Below are positions 9,001 to 18,737 of a stretch of 64,000 nt of DNA, one piece after another. The notes under the pieces are model-generated. The model made no database searches, was not told the DNA's origin, and worked only from the letters and a program-made list of their open reading frames with translations. Source of the DNA: Acidilobaceae archaeon. GTDB taxonomy: Archaea; Thermoproteota; Thermoprotei_A; Sulfolobales; Acidilobaceae. Made by a program: the position numbers and the translations under genes. The DNA is taken from positions 1-64,000 of the forward strand of contig JAWBBK010000005.1 of NCBI GenBank assembly GCA_038824665.1, read 5' to 3'. Every line of letters begins with the position of its first letter. Position 1 is the first letter of the stretch.

Positions 9001-10107
9001 AGGGACGAAGACCAACGTGCCCTTGCCGAGCCTCTTAACGACTTTTACTGTCTCTTCAATTACGTCTTCTTTAGGAATTAAATAAGAGTCGATTATATTT
9101 CTTAACCCTATGTCGCTTCTTCCTCCTACGTCAAAGCCTAACAGAGCTCTGAAGATCCTAGAGGCTCCTCTAGGTCTGCCGGTAGCGCTACTGACTATGA
9201 GAATAGCTACTTGTCTCCTCTTTTCTTGAAGCTTTTTCCTCAAATCGTCTCTCTCCTGCTGAAGCTGATTTATCTTAGCTTGTATTTCGTTCTGTTTTTC
9301 TTTAGACTTTTCGGGAAGAGCTTCAGCTAATCTAGCTATTTCTCTTTCAAGTTGAAGAAGTTTAAAGCCTTCACTTACGTCTTCATCGCTAAAGCCGGCT
9401 ATCTTAAGCACTGCTTTTACTGTTCTACCGCTTTTCATAACTGCATCTACATCGTCTACAAATATGAGTTTGAACTTGTTCTTTTTCAAAGACTCTAAGT
9501 TCTTTCTAGCATAAGCTATAGTCGTAATGAGAATATCGAAGTCTCCTTCTTCTATCTTCTTCAACGCCTCTCTTTTCAAAGCTTCTTTCATTTTAGAATG
9601 TATGTAGACGACTCTAACTCTTTCTATAGAACTCTTTCTCATCATCGTTTCTAACTTTTCGGCTATCTGAGCTACTAAGGTTGATGTAGGAGCGATTATG
9701 TATGTCTTTTCGTTTTTAAAATAGGCTGAATAGAGAGCTAAGATAAGACCAAAGGTGGTCTTTCCAGTTCCCGTAGGGGCTACTATGCTAAAACTATCTC
9801 CTCGTACAAACCTCTTAATCCAAGTCCTCTGAATCCCCCAAGGAGGAGCTCCAACACATGTTTTGAAGAACTCTTCTAGATTTTTAACTTCTTTCTCAAG
9901 CTCGTAGAGTTCTTTTAAGTTCTTCAGCGTCCCGAGCCTTTCGAGAACTTTGACAAGACTCTCGAGATCCAGATCGCTTTCAGCGACCTTTGGTAGACAT
10001 TCAGGACAGGGAAGACCTTTAGCGAGTCTGCTCTCTGTGTTGGGACCTTTACAGTTTGGACAAGACCATCGGTAGAGACCTCTGCCCGTTCCTTCAACTA
10101 AAGCCAT
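6058..10107 (-). CDS. rgy: reverse gyrase
   Basis: N-terminal Zn finger CPNC, APTGTGKT, DDVD, QASGRTSR, VESPNKA, TDPDTEGE, ITYHRTD. Confidence 0.98.
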   Translation of the reverse strand: MALVEGTGRGLYRWSCPNCKGPNTESRLAKGLPCPECLPKVAESDLDLESLVKVLERLGTLKNLKELYELEKEVKNLEEFFKTCVGAPPWGIQRTWIKRFVRGDSFSIVAPTGTGKTTFGLILALYSAYFKNEKTYIIAPTSTLVAQIAEKLETMMRKSSIERVRVVYIHSKMKEALKREALKKIEEGDFDILITTIAYARKNLESLKKNKFKLIFVDDVDAVMKSGRTVKAVLKIAGFSDEDVSEGFKLLQLEREIARLAEALPEKSKEKQNEIQAKINQLQQERDDLRKKLQEKRRQVAILIVSSATGRPRGASRIFRALLGFDVGGRSDIGLRNIIDSYLIPKEDVIEETVKVVKRLGKGTLVFVPNDWGIEKAEEVARRLEEAGVRAKAYHSKTSFEVFREFQRGELDVLVGVANYYGPLVRGVDLPEVVRHAVFAGVPRYKFSLMADEIDPHPLALARIAELIAELEMPELSERARRILVNLRRIIRRYTPSYLQYLLDKIRSGVFDESERSISIIIEAREFIREALRNEEVLRRIRDKTDVGLVIENGKTFILIADVPTYLQASGRTSRLYVGGITKGLSVVIVDSPSVFRRLVSRSHYVADVDFVDFRELNIDEVLKEIEQDRINVSRILKGEAKAERKDLVRTSLLVVESPNKARTIASFFGRPSVRVLHGGLRAFEVSLQNRILIVAASGGHVQDLVLSTDERDLIVLSSLLKNYDDIFGVVVGKDDTKEVYVPIYSSIKRCLACGEQFVEDLGRCPRCGSKVFRDSKEVIEDLRRLAWEVDEVLIGTDPDTEGEKIGWDIAVLLKPFNKNIKRLEFHEVTKQAILKALENPRDFNEKLVEAQIVRRVEDRWIGFTLSPLLWCDFWPKHYCAKRQDEACSEEYNYNLSAGRVQTPVLGWVVARTNEYKKKVDVFTFLKHDTKERLFSVREHELKKPSILSDLKSYARAYARGKEQLLELKVISVERKWITLYPQPPFMTDTLILEAGRRLAFGASETMRLAQDLFEWGLITYHRTDSTRVSERGIEVAKEWLKQTYGDQVEEVFRPRRWSEGGAHEAIRPVKPLDAKTLRLLIEEGSIEVPGVFTQRHYRLYDLIFRRFVASQMREAEVLEVTYSIDIIGDEYKVTRIVELPQDRIRQGFLAVFPEVVALQRPLVPKEEEEALISRQKDKVFIACYVARRRVPAVRLFTQGELVEEMKRKDIGRPSTYAKIVDTLLKRGYILSLKSGHVVATSKGEEVYEYLMNLPHNANERLGDVAKVIPELVSEERTRQLEKAMDEIESGTKTWREVLEEVYKEVRGLVHIIKSASKGEVEESGIIRTLAECMLKREQLLKRGVANEG

Positions 10108-10319
10108 AGTCTCCTATCCATGTTTAGAGCGTTTCGGTCTCAGCGAGATTTAAAAGCCTTATGAGAGAACGTGAACTCTTTAGCCTTAGCCTCTTGAGCC
10201 TTGACGTTAGAAAGGCTTTCGACAGCGCTTTCTAGAGTCGGCTCTTGTAATCCTAGCTGAGTTAAAAAGAATTGCTTAAAGCTCTGTTCGAAATCTGAAG
10301 CTAAAGGTGTCTTTAAGCT

Positions 10320-11393
10320 TTGAAAGAGAGATTTTTCGTTATAGGGGGAGGACCTGCTGGAGCAGGAGCGGCTCTGCTCGCATCAAAGCTAGGCTATAAA
10401 GTAATTGTATATGAAGGTCTCGAGCGTCTCGCGTTTAAGCCATGTGGTAACGCTCTTCCTCTAGTGCCTTCTCTCATGTTGCAAGTGCCTAAAGACGCGA
10501 TCTTGAATCGAATCAAGAGAGCTAGAGTCTTCGTAGACGGAGCGAAGGCCTTTGAGACAAAGGGGTTTGTGGAAGGAGTTGAAGGCATCATAGTAGACAA
10601 AGCCCTTCTTTTAGAGAAAGCCTTTGCCGACGCTGGAGCTGAGGTAGTTTTTAGAGCAAAATATGATATAAGCAAAGGAGTCGTTAGAGCTGGAGAGACT
10701 GAAGTAAAAGTAGAGATAGGAGTCTTTGCAGGAGGGTTTCCATACTACGATGGAGATAAAGTCCCTATAGTTCAAACTCTCCTCTCTGGAGTAAAAGACT
10801 TTGAGAAAGACTCTGTAGAGATATATTACGACTCAAATCTCATAGGCTATTACTACGTGTTTCCTTACGGAGACGATGTAGAAGTCGGCGTAGGAGGTTA
10901 CGTTAGTTCTCACATTTTAACCAAACTTCTTCAAAAGTTCATAGAACTAGATGAAAGGCTTAGAAGAGGTAAAGCGAGATCTACGAGGTTCTCTCAAGTA
11001 TGTGTAGGAGGTCCTAAGCCTGGCTATCTCAATAAGCTCGTTAAGGTAGGCGAAGCTGCAGGCTATGTGTTTCCGCTGACTGGAGAAGGAATTAGGCCGG
11101 CTGTCGCTAGCGGATACATAGCTGCCAAGGCTTTGATAGAAGGAAAGAATCCCATCAAAGAACTTGAAAGGAGCTGGGTCCACAAAGCAGTCACTGTTCA
11201 GAAGAGGCTACTCGAAATCTCTATGAGCTTGAGCCCGAAGGAGAGAGGAGAACTTATAAAGAAGCTCTCAGCTGAAGAGCATGCTGAGATAGTACTAGCT
11301 ACCTTCAGAACCACCAAGCTTGTCGTCGCCTTCTTGAAGTTGTTCTTCTGGAAGCCCGGTTTAGCTCTCAGCGTAGCCAGAGCCCTTCGGTGA
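10320..11393 (+). CDS. FAD-dependent oxidoreductase, geranylgeranyl reductase family
   Basis: GGGPAG, KPCG, YYYVFP, VGEAAG...PLTGEGI. Confidence 0.8.
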   Translation: MKERFFVIGGGPAGAGAALLASKLGYKVIVYEGLERLAFKPCGNALPLVPSLMLQVPKDAILNRIKRARVFVDGAKAFETKGFVEGVEGIIVDKALLLEKAFADAGAEVVFRAKYDISKGVVRAGETEVKVEIGVFAGGFPYYDGDKVPIVQTLLSGVKDFEKDSVEIYYDSNLIGYYYVFPYGDDVEVGVGGYVSSHILTKLLQKFIELDERLRRGKARSTRFSQVCVGGPKPGYLNKLVKVGEAAGYVFPLTGEGIRPAVASGYIAAKALIEGKNPIKELERSWVHKAVTVQKRLLEISMSLSPKERGELIKKLSAEEHAEIVLATFRTTKLVVAFLKLFFWKPGLALSVARALR

Positions 11394-11401
11394 GCAGTTA
11401 A

Positions 11402-11454
11402 GGTCAGTTGGGTAAGTTCTCTTCATCTCTCAGACCGGGAGTATATCTTCATCC
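11402..11454 (-). ncRNA. box C/D methylation-guide sRNA
   Basis: C ATGAAGA, guide TATACTCCCGGT, D' CTGA, C' ATGAAGA, guide GAACTTACCCAA, D CTGA. The D guide fits recalled 23S GGGUAAGUUC. Confidence 0.8.
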
Positions 11455-11719
11455 CATCTTGAGAGCGAGCGCGAGATATTATTAAATTACTCATCTCAGC
11501 CCAAAGCGCGATCCACAAGAAAAACGTAAGAAAAGAGAGGACTGTGAACGCACAGCTAGATAGCGGACTCCCTCCTTCAAGTCTCCTCAAAGCCTCTGCG
11601 AGAACTCTAGAAGTTACTACTATGCCTGCCCATCCGAGCGCTATGATCAGAGCTGGAGGTATGAAAGTTAGCAGTATCAGCTTCCAGCGAAAAGGAGGAC
11701 CGCCTCTTCTAGCCTTCAC
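11423..11719 (-). CDS. small two-helix membrane protein
   Basis: Two hydrophobic stretches; TATA-like TATAAAAA upstream on the minus strand. Confidence 0.55.
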   Translation of the reverse strand: MKARRGGPPFRWKLILLTFIPPALIIALGWAGIVVTSRVLAEALRRLEGGSPLSSCAFTVLSFLTFFLWIALWAEMSNLIISRARSQDGMKIYSRSER

Positions 11720-11797
11720 TTCCGCTTGGCCTAGTCTAGAAGCTTTCTGAGCGCGTTTTTATAGCTCTAGAGAAGTTTTCTGACTGTATGTAGGCTC

Positions 11798-11908
11798 TTG
11801 GAGTTGAAGCTAAACGCGTTGATCGTCGTAGCTATAATAATGGGAACTCTCGCTGTCGTTCTCTCTCTGTACAAGCTAGCTAAACTCTTAAGAGGTCGTT
11901 TAAGATAA
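11798..11908 (+). CDS. 36-aa single-TM small protein (below the ORF-track cutoff)
   Basis: TTG...TAA, MELKLNALIVVAIIMGTLAVVLSLYKLAKLLRGRLR; TTTTATA about 35 nt upstream. Confidence 0.45.
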   Translation: MELKLNALIVVAIIMGTLAVVLSLYKLAKLLRGRLR

Positions 11909-11970
11909 GCTTCGACTAGCACAAAAAGATATATTAAGCACAGATACTCTACAGCCTAAGATTAGAAGTT

Positions 11971-13206
11971 ATGGATAGCACTGGTGTGTACATTTTGACT
12001 GAAGATCTGTGCAAAATCTTAAACCACCCTATACACGGTCGCATAGCTGTCGTGAACAAAGGGCTACAGAGAGTAGTGGTAAACTCGACAAGCATAAGTA
12101 GCGTCGATCCACGAGGGCTTCTGACTACGTATAGAGGCTATAAGATAGCCGACTTGGCAAAGCTCTCAGACTTCTACGACTCCGCGTTTCTTTTGCTTAA
12201 AGGAAGGCTTCCATGTCTTGATGAGTATGAAGTTTTCAAAAAAGAGCTCGATAAGGCTAGAGCTAGCGTAGAGGAGTGGGTTCTTGACGTTATAGAGTCG
12301 ATCCCGAAGTCTCATCCGTCTTACTACGCGATCGTCGGCTCAGTCCTTATGGCTCGTTCTCTCTATCCTTCTTGGAGAATGGACTTAAAGCAAGTTGAAG
12401 AACATCAGTTGAAAGTGATAGCACAACTACCAGCTATAGCTATCTACGGCTACAACTTTGCCTATAGAGGAGTGAGAGTCAAACCAGATCCCTCTCTTCC
12501 TCACGTAGTCGACTTGCTACGCATGATCTTGTTGAGAGAGCCTTCTGAGATAGAAGCGAGATCTCTCGAAGCCTCTCTTATACTTTATATGGATCATGGG
12601 TTTAACGCTTCTACTTTTGCTTTGAGAGTTGTAGCTAGCACTCTCAGCGATCTCTACAGCGCGGTAGCTGCCGCTATAGGAGCTCTCAAAGGACCTCTTC
12701 ACGGAGCCGCTAACGAAGACGCTTACTGGATGTTCATAGAGGTAGAGAAGAAGTCTAGAGAAAAAGGAATGAGTCTAGCGGACTCTTTAGAAACGTACGT
12801 CAAAGAGAAGCTGATAAGAGGAGAGAAGGTGCCAGGCTTTGGACATAGAGTTTACAAAGAGCTCGACCCTAGAGTTCCTGTGCTCAAGGAGCTCATAGTC
12901 AAGTTCGACAGAGGTGAAGAGTGGCTAGAAGCCATAGCTAAAGCCGAAAGATTGATGAAAAGTTCTAAAGGCTTAGTAGCTAACGTAGACCTCTACACAG
13001 CTCTCCTCTACATGTTGATAGGAATCCCGCCTGAGCTCTACGTTCCTCTCTTTATGGCTGGAAGAGTGGTCGGCTGGGTAGCTCACTACGTTGAACAACT
13101 TAGCAACAACAAACTGATACGTCCTCTAGAAAACTACGTAGGACCTCTCGGTTTAGAGTACGTTCCTCGTTCTCAGAGAGCTTGTAGCTCTGAACAACCA
13201 AGCTAA
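11971..13206 (+). CDS. gltA: citrate / 2-methylcitrate synthase
   Basis: DHGFNAST, GPLHGAAN, GFGHRVY, DPR, NVDLY. Confidence 0.93.
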   Translation: MDSTGVYILTEDLCKILNHPIHGRIAVVNKGLQRVVVNSTSISSVDPRGLLTTYRGYKIADLAKLSDFYDSAFLLLKGRLPCLDEYEVFKKELDKARASVEEWVLDVIESIPKSHPSYYAIVGSVLMARSLYPSWRMDLKQVEEHQLKVIAQLPAIAIYGYNFAYRGVRVKPDPSLPHVVDLLRMILLREPSEIEARSLEASLILYMDHGFNASTFALRVVASTLSDLYSAVAAAIGALKGPLHGAANEDAYWMFIEVEKKSREKGMSLADSLETYVKEKLIRGEKVPGFGHRVYKELDPRVPVLKELIVKFDRGEEWLEAIAKAERLMKSSKGLVANVDLYTALLYMLIGIPPELYVPLFMAGRVVGWVAHYVEQLSNNKLIRPLENYVGPLGLEYVPRSQRACSSEQPS

Positions 13207-14040
13207 CCCTATGGCTGTAGCCAACACGTCTAAAACAGCTCCAGGACTCCATCCTCTAGGTCTCCAAAGAGAGTCTAACCATCTTAAAGTTCTCAAGACT
13301 CCGACCTTTTGAGAAAGCCAGAGAGCAAGTCTAGCCTCCGCTAAAGCCTTTTTATAAGCGATCCATCCGTACTTAGCAGCTATCAGAGTATCTCCCTCGC
13401 TCGCAAGGAGTTCTAGCAAGGTCTTCAACAGAACTCTACGTTTTAGCCCTTCGATATTGAGCTTAAAAGCAGTCTTCAATGCGATAGGATAGCCTTCGAG
13501 GAGTTCTCTGTGGACTATATCCCATTTCGCTATCTCCAACACGCTTGTAAGGCTTTCAGGATGCTTTCCAGACCCGACTCCAGGAATAGGGCCTTCATAT
13601 GAGCCTAGATGTGAAGGTCTGAGGAGTTCGAGAACCAGATAGTACTCTTTAGCCACCTCTTCTCCGTCGTACTTCATGACGAACTCTCTGGCTTTAGAGC
13701 AAAGAGTCTCGAGACTAAGGTCGTTCTTCGACGCAGACAAAGCGGTTGCGAGAGGCAAGAGCAAAAGCATAGAGCCTAAGGCTATGTTCTTCTTCAATCC
13801 CAAAGATGAAAGGTCTGACCTGTATGAGCGAAGCCCTACAACTAAAGGATTGTATCCAGCTCTGCTTGCATGACAAGCTTTGAAGAGAGCTGTTTGAGCT
13901 ATAGAAGCGTGAAGCATGAAGTCCTTTATGTTCTTATCTCTATGACTTTTGAATAGCGTAACGGCTCCAGGCTTAGGATGAAGAAGAGGTTCTAGATAAA
14001 GACCTATGGAAAGATAAGAGATCAGAGAACACTCATCCAT
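13153..14040 (-). CDS. CitG-family (triphosphoribosyl-dephospho-CoA synthase-like) protein
   Basis: HPKPGAV, NIALGSMLLLLPL, DTLIAAKYG, SPGAVLD. Confidence 0.75.
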   Translation of the reverse strand: MDECSLISYLSIGLYLEPLLHPKPGAVTLFKSHRDKNIKDFMLHASIAQTALFKACHASRAGYNPLVVGLRSYRSDLSSLGLKKNIALGSMLLLLPLATALSASKNDLSLETLCSKAREFVMKYDGEEVAKEYYLVLELLRPSHLGSYEGPIPGVGSGKHPESLTSVLEIAKWDIVHRELLEGYPIALKTAFKLNIEGLKRRVLLKTLLELLASEGDTLIAAKYGWIAYKKALAEARLALWLSQKVGVLRTLRWLDSLWRPRGWSPGAVLDVLATAIGLAWLFRATSSLRTRNVL

Positions 14041-14794
14041 TGACTGAAGTCCCTTTGATCGTTCTCACGATCTCTGTAAACGCTTCTGAGTTCTCTTCAG
14101 CTATCGTTCCTGTAACTATTCCGTCTGCTCCAGCTTCAATGAGCGCTTTAGCCGCTTCTGGAGTTCTCACTCCGCCTCCAACTATTAAAATAGGGTCTAG
14201 GTTTGCTTTCTTCAAAAGAGTCTTGGAGAGCTTAACGGCCTGTGGAGGGACGTGTTGAGGAGCTCCGCTTCCCGCTTCTAAATACACTATCTGGTTGCCC
14301 ATCATGGAGCACGCTACTACGTGAGCCGCTATGAGGTCGGGCTTATCTATAGGCACAGGTCTTGCTCTCAGTATGTAGCCAGCAGTGCCTCCGTGTCCTA
14401 CTATAACGTAGCACGTAGGTATAGGCTCGATGCCGTGATGTAACACTATTATTGAACCCTGAACTTGTGCTATCCCATGGTAGTATGGATCATCGCTATT
14501 TAGAACAGTGAGGAAGAAAGCGGCATCAGCATAACGAGAGACGTTGTTCAAAGCTCCAGGGAACAGAACTACAGGAAGCCCGTAACTCTTCAAAGTTCTA
14601 ACCACAGCGTCAGTATTCTCAGGTGAGACTCCAAGACTTCCGCCTACTAAGAACACATCTGTTCCTGCTTGAACCGCTATTCTCGCTATTCTTTCAGCTT
14701 CTTGAGGTCCGCACTTATCGGGATCTATTAAAGTGAAGTGAAGCTTGATAGAATTATTCTTCTTCTCCAAAAGACTCTGAAGCACTCTCTTCAA
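14033..14794 (-). CDS. geranylgeranylglyceryl phosphate synthase
   Basis: HFTLIDPDK, VGGS, LFPG, YLEAGSGA, VGGGVR, VTGT. Confidence 0.93.
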   Translation of the reverse strand: MKRVLQSLLEKKNNSIKLHFTLIDPDKCGPQEAERIARIAVQAGTDVFLVGGSLGVSPENTDAVVRTLKSYGLPVVLFPGALNNVSRYADAAFFLTVLNSDDPYYHGIAQVQGSIIVLHHGIEPIPTCYVIVGHGGTAGYILRARPVPIDKPDLIAAHVVACSMMGNQIVYLEAGSGAPQHVPPQAVKLSKTLLKKANLDPILIVGGGVRTPEAAKALIEAGADGIVTGTIAEENSEAFTEIVRTIKGTSVNG

Positions 14795-15137
14795 GCTCTT
14801 CCCCCTCTACTGTCTCTCTTTCTTCAGCTCTTGTAACTTCTGTGCGACAGATTTCTACAAGCCTTCCGTCATACTCCATATCGGTTATCTTGTTGTAAAC
14901 GTCTATAGTTTCTTCTATCTCGGAGACCGGAAGTTCGCAGTAGAGTCCGCAGGTTCCACAACGCACAATGGCTGTTCTGGGGCCTTCCTTTGAGCGAGTT
15001 ATGTCGATAGTTAGAGTGAGTTCGCTACAAGAGGGACAGGTGAAGTATCTGCTTCTCAAGACTCTAGCTACTTGCTTTTGTCTTTTGATCTTCCTTCTCT
15101 TTCTTCTACCACCCACTCTTTGCGCACCTTCGCTCAA
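14754..15137 (-). CDS. Elf1-family transcription elongation factor
   Basis: Basic GGRRKRRK N-terminus, FTCPSC...CGTC Zn ribbon, IDVY, acidic tail. Confidence 0.85.
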   Translation of the reverse strand: MSEGAQRVGGRRKRRKIKRQKQVARVLRSRYFTCPSCSELTLTIDITRSKEGPRTAIVRCGTCGLYCELPVSEIEETIDVYNKITDMEYDGRLVEICRTEVTRAEERETVEGEELEESASESFGEEE

Positions 15138-15235
15138 CTTCAGCTAAAGAAGTTAAACCTATTTTTTAGCGATGTCAGCGCTCTTCATTCTTTTTATAGC
15201 GAGACCTCGTCTATCTTATTGAGAGGTGTGCGAGC

Positions 15236-16483
15236 TTGAACTTCAAGGTCAAAGATTTGAGCTTAGCTCCTAAAGGTCGAACTCAAATAGAGTGGGCAGA
15301 GAAGAATATGCCGGTGCTAAGAGAACTTGCTGAAAGACTAAAAGAGAATAGACCTCTTGAGAACTTCAAGGTCTCCGCTTGTCTTCACGTAACGAAGGAG
15401 ACAGCGGTTTTAGTTAGGACCTTAAAGTCTTGGGGAGCAGAGGTTTATCTGACTGCGTCTAACCCTCTATCTACACAAGATGAGGTAGCTGCAGCGTTAG
15501 TTGAAGACGGGATCCATGTCTACGCTTGGAGAGGAATGAGTTCAGAGGAATACTTCGAGGCGATCAGAGTCGTAGCCTCGAAAAAGCCTGACATAGTGAT
15601 AGACGATGGAGGAGACTTACATGTAATGCTTCATGAAGAGCTGAAAGAATTGGCCTCACACGTGGTTGGAGGAACTGAAGAAACTACAACCGGTGTCTTA
15701 AGATTAAAGGCTCTAGAGAGAGAAGAGAGACTGCTCTATCCTGTGATAGCTGTTAACAACGCTAAGACCAAGTTTCTCTTCGACAACAGATATGGAACTG
15801 GACAAAGCACTATTGATGGGATACTGAGAGCAACGAACACACTGATAGCCGGAAAGGTGGCTGTAGTGGCAGGCTATGGATGGGTAGGTAGAGGAATAGC
15901 GATGAGGCTTAGAGGTATGGGAGCTAGAGTTGTAGTCACAGAGGTCGATCCAGTGAAGGCTTTAGAGGCTTTAATGGATGGTTTTGAGGTTATGCCCATG
16001 AGAAAAGCAATTAAGATCGCCGATCTTGTAGTTACGGCTACAGGAAACATAAACGTAGTAAAAGGAGAGGATGTACTTGAAGCCAAAGATGGAGTGGTGT
16101 TAGCTAACGCAGGACATTTCAATGTAGAAATAAACGTAGAAGAGCTCAAGAAAATAGCCACTAGGGTCAAAGAGATCAGACCCAACGTAGAAGAGTATTT
16201 GCTCCCCAACGGTAAGAGGGTTTATCTGTTGGCTCAGGGAAGGTTGGTCAACCTAGTGGCCGCTGAAGGACATCCGAGCGAGGTGATGGATATGAGCTTT
16301 GCTAACCAAGCTCTTTCGGTTCTGTACCTGAAAGAAAAAGGAAGAACGTTGAAGCCTAGAGTTTACGACGTTCCAACAGAAATAGATGAAGAGGTAGCGA
16401 GACTAAAGTTGAAAGCGTTAGGAGTAGAAATAGACTCTCTATCTGAAGAGCAGAAGAGATATTTAGAAAGCTGGAAGGTCTAA
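15236..16483 (+). CDS. ahcY: adenosylhomocysteinase
   Basis: [43 protein letters not shown]. Confidence 0.98.
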   Translation: MNFKVKDLSLAPKGRTQIEWAEKNMPVLRELAERLKENRPLENFKVSACLHVTKETAVLVRTLKSWGAEVYLTASNPLSTQDEVAAALVEDGIHVYAWRGMSSEEYFEAIRVVASKKPDIVIDDGGDLHVMLHEELKELASHVVGGTEETTTGVLRLKALEREERLLYPVIAVNNAKTKFLFDNRYGTGQSTIDGILRATNTLIAGKVAVVAGYGWVGRGIAMRLRGMGARVVVTEVDPVKALEALMDGFEVMPMRKAIKIADLVVTATGNINVVKGEDVLEAKDGVVLANAGHFNVEINVEELKKIATRVKEIRPNVEEYLLPNGKRVYLLAQGRLVNLVAAEGHPSEVMDMSFANQALSVLYLKEKGRTLKPRVYDVPTEIDEEVARLKLKALGVEIDSLSEEQKRYLESWKV

Positions 16484-16536
16484 GCAGACAAAGAAAATAA
16501 ATTTAAAGGTCACTCGAACTCTCTAAAATATCCAAG

Positions 16537-16610
16537 GGGCCCGTAGCTCAGCCCGGCAGAGCGCCCGGCTCATAACCGGGTGGTCGGGGGTTCAAATCCC
16601 CCCGGGCCCA
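16537..16610 (+). tRNA. tRNA-Ile2(CAU), CCA not encoded
   Basis: Cloverleaf GGGCCCG...CCCGG CT CAT AA CCGGG...TTCAAAT...CGGGCCC A. The acceptor stem is of the archaeal Ile2 (agmatidine) type, not Met. Confidence 0.9.
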
Positions 16611-16618
16611 TCATTTCT

Positions 16619-17593
16619 TCACTCTATCGGCTCTTCGATTTCGCCAAGAACTCCGATTAACTCTTTGTACCTATTTCTAACGGTAACCTCAGTGACTCCA
16701 GCTATGTTCGCTATCTCTTTCTGAGTCCTTCTGCATCCGTGCTTGAGAGCAGCTATGTAGACAGTGGCTGCTGCAAGTCCGCTAGGATCTTTGCCTGAAG
16801 ATATGCCTTTGCTTCTAGCTTCAGAAAGTATTCTGATCGCCTCCACCACTATGGCCTCTGAGAGGTTTAATGCGCTGGCTATTCTATAAACGAATCTCTC
16901 AGGCTCTATCACAGGTATAGTCAAACTGAGGTCTTTAATCAACACCCTATAAGTTCTCGCTATTTCTCTTCTAACCTCTGTCTCGTTTCCAGACCTCAAG
17001 TGTCTGACTATATCGTCTATGCCACAGGGTATCTTATGTCTTCTGCAGGCTGTGTAAAGACATGCAGCTACAACTGCCTCCATGCTTCTGCCTCTAGTGA
17101 TCCCTCGCTCAGCCGCTTCTCTATAGATCCTTGCAGCTTCTTCTTTGACCGAATCAGGTAGCTCGAGCTTGGCTACAAGCTCGTCCAACAACATTAACGC
17201 TTGAGATATGCTTCTCTCTACGCTAGAAGACACTCTGTTGAGTCTAAACGTTCTCTGAACTCTTAAGCTCTCAGCCTTTCTCGAAAGCCCTCTGATCTTC
17301 TTCCCTCCCGGCTCTCTGATGGGACCTACGTTGACGTTTATACCCATATGCGGCTTCGCAAAAGATATCGCACCTCCTGTTCTAGCTCTTCTCATCTTCT
17401 CTTCTGCAGTATAGGCTCTCCATTCGCTTTCATCAGTTATCACAGACTCTTCAAGAACTTCACCAGTCTCTATACAAACTCTAACGCCTCGCTGAGGGTC
17501 ATAAACGACTTTTTCAGGAGGACAAGCAGTTTCTCTACGTTTCTTTTCCAACTCTCCGTTATCGCTAAGGATATCTTGAGTCCCCAACTTCAC
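16619..17593 (-). CDS. tfb: transcription initiation factor IIB
   Basis: Zn ribbon remnant, EWRAY, two cyclin repeats, GVTEVTVRNRYKEL. Confidence 0.97.
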   Translation of the reverse strand: MKLGTQDILSDNGELEKKRRETACPPEKVVYDPQRGVRVCIETGEVLEESVITDESEWRAYTAEEKMRRARTGGAISFAKPHMGINVNVGPIREPGGKKIRGLSRKAESLRVQRTFRLNRVSSSVERSISQALMLLDELVAKLELPDSVKEEAARIYREAAERGITRGRSMEAVVAACLYTACRRHKIPCGIDDIVRHLRSGNETEVRREIARTYRVLIKDLSLTIPVIEPERFVYRIASALNLSEAIVVEAIRILSEARSKGISSGKDPSGLAAATVYIAALKHGCRRTQKEIANIAGVTEVTVRNRYKELIGVLGEIEEPIE

Positions 17594-17735
17594 ACACCCT
17601 TAAATATGTTTCTCACCGCAGAGGCTCCGATACATATATATGTTTCGCTAGTAGAGGTTAAAAAACTTGTATGAACTTTAACTTGGTTAATTAATAATTA
17701 ATAACTGAAACTAATTCAAGAATTGTTGCAAGGTC

Positions 17736-18737
17736 TCACCTAAGCTGTAGCTCCTCTATAGTTGCCGCTACTCCATGAATCTCAACAGGCTTCACATAGA
17801 CAGCATAGCCTTCAACACACTTCAGCACTCGCTCAAGACGGTCGCGAGAGACTACAGCTATAGCGCTACCTCCCCAACCAGCTCCTGTAAGCTTTGCTCC
17901 TAGAGCTCCGCAAGACTTCGCTCTGTTTACTAAATTGTCTAACTCCAAGCTGGAAGCTCCTAAAGATGTCAAAAGTCCGTGGTTTATGTTCATAAGCTCT
18001 CCAATCCTTTCTCCATCGCCCTCCTCTAATGCCTTAACGGCTTCAGAGACTAGAGAGTCTGCAGCCTCATATATGTGTTTCATCACAGTCCAGTTCTTAT
18101 CAGCTAGCTTCAAGACGTGTTCTACTACGGCCTTTGTGGATCTCTTAACTCCTGTGTCCATGACGATGAAAGAGTAACTCGAAAGTCTCTTGAGGTCTAT
18201 TTTAACGTGTTTTGGTTCTTCTCCCCGTCTATAAACTATGGTGCCTCCCCATGTAGCTAACGCGTTGTCTATTCCGCTAGGTCTTCCATGAGCTACTTGC
18301 TCGCTTTCAAGAGTAATCTCGAAGAGTTCCTTTTGACTCAAAGAGATTCCTAGAAGGCGAGAATAAGCTAAAGCGTAAGCTGTAGCTGTAGCTGCGCTCG
18401 AGCCAAGGCCTGCGGCTATAGGAACTTCGCTCTCTATCACTGCTCTATGTGGAGCTATCTTATAGCCGCGCTTCGCTAGAGCTTTAAGCAGAGCGACAAA
18501 AGGCTCGGCTTCTTTAGACTCTGCTTTCAACTCGCTCAAATCAAGCCTCCAGACAGCTTCAAGGTTCTTACTCTCTATAACTATGTGACTCTCTGAAGAG
18601 AGTTCTACAGCTACTCTAGCCCTTAAGCTCAGCGCTGTGGCGACAGCTCTCGTCCCCTTTACAACGAAGTGTTCTCCAAAGAGGATCGTCTTCCCTGGAG
18701 CGCTCGCTACTACTCTCATGAACGTCTCTCCTCCCAC
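17736..18737 (-). CDS. mvk: mevalonate kinase
   Basis: APGKTILFGEHFVV, PIAAGLGSSAA, HGRPSGID, KLTGAGWGG. Confidence 0.95.
   Translation of the reverse strand: MGGETFMRVVASAPGKTILFGEHFVVKGTRAVATALSLRARVAVELSSESHIVIESKNLEAVWRLDLSELKAESKEAEPFVALLKALAKRGYKIAPHRAVIESEVPIAAGLGSSAATATAYALAYSRLLGISLSQKELFEITLESEQVAHGRPSGIDNALATWGGTIVYRRGEEPKHVKIDLKRLSSYSFIVMDTGVKRSTKAVVEHVLKLADKNWTVMKHIYEAADSLVSEAVKALEEGDGERIGELMNINHGLLTSLGASSLELDNLVNRAKSCGALGAKLTGAGWGGSAIAVVSRDRLERVLKCVEGYAVYVKPVEIHGVAATIEELQLR

Noticed and set aside
16537-16610. tRNA-Met call for the CAU anticodon
   Set aside because: The GGGCCCG acceptor stem matches archaeal Ile2 rather than initiator or elongator Met.
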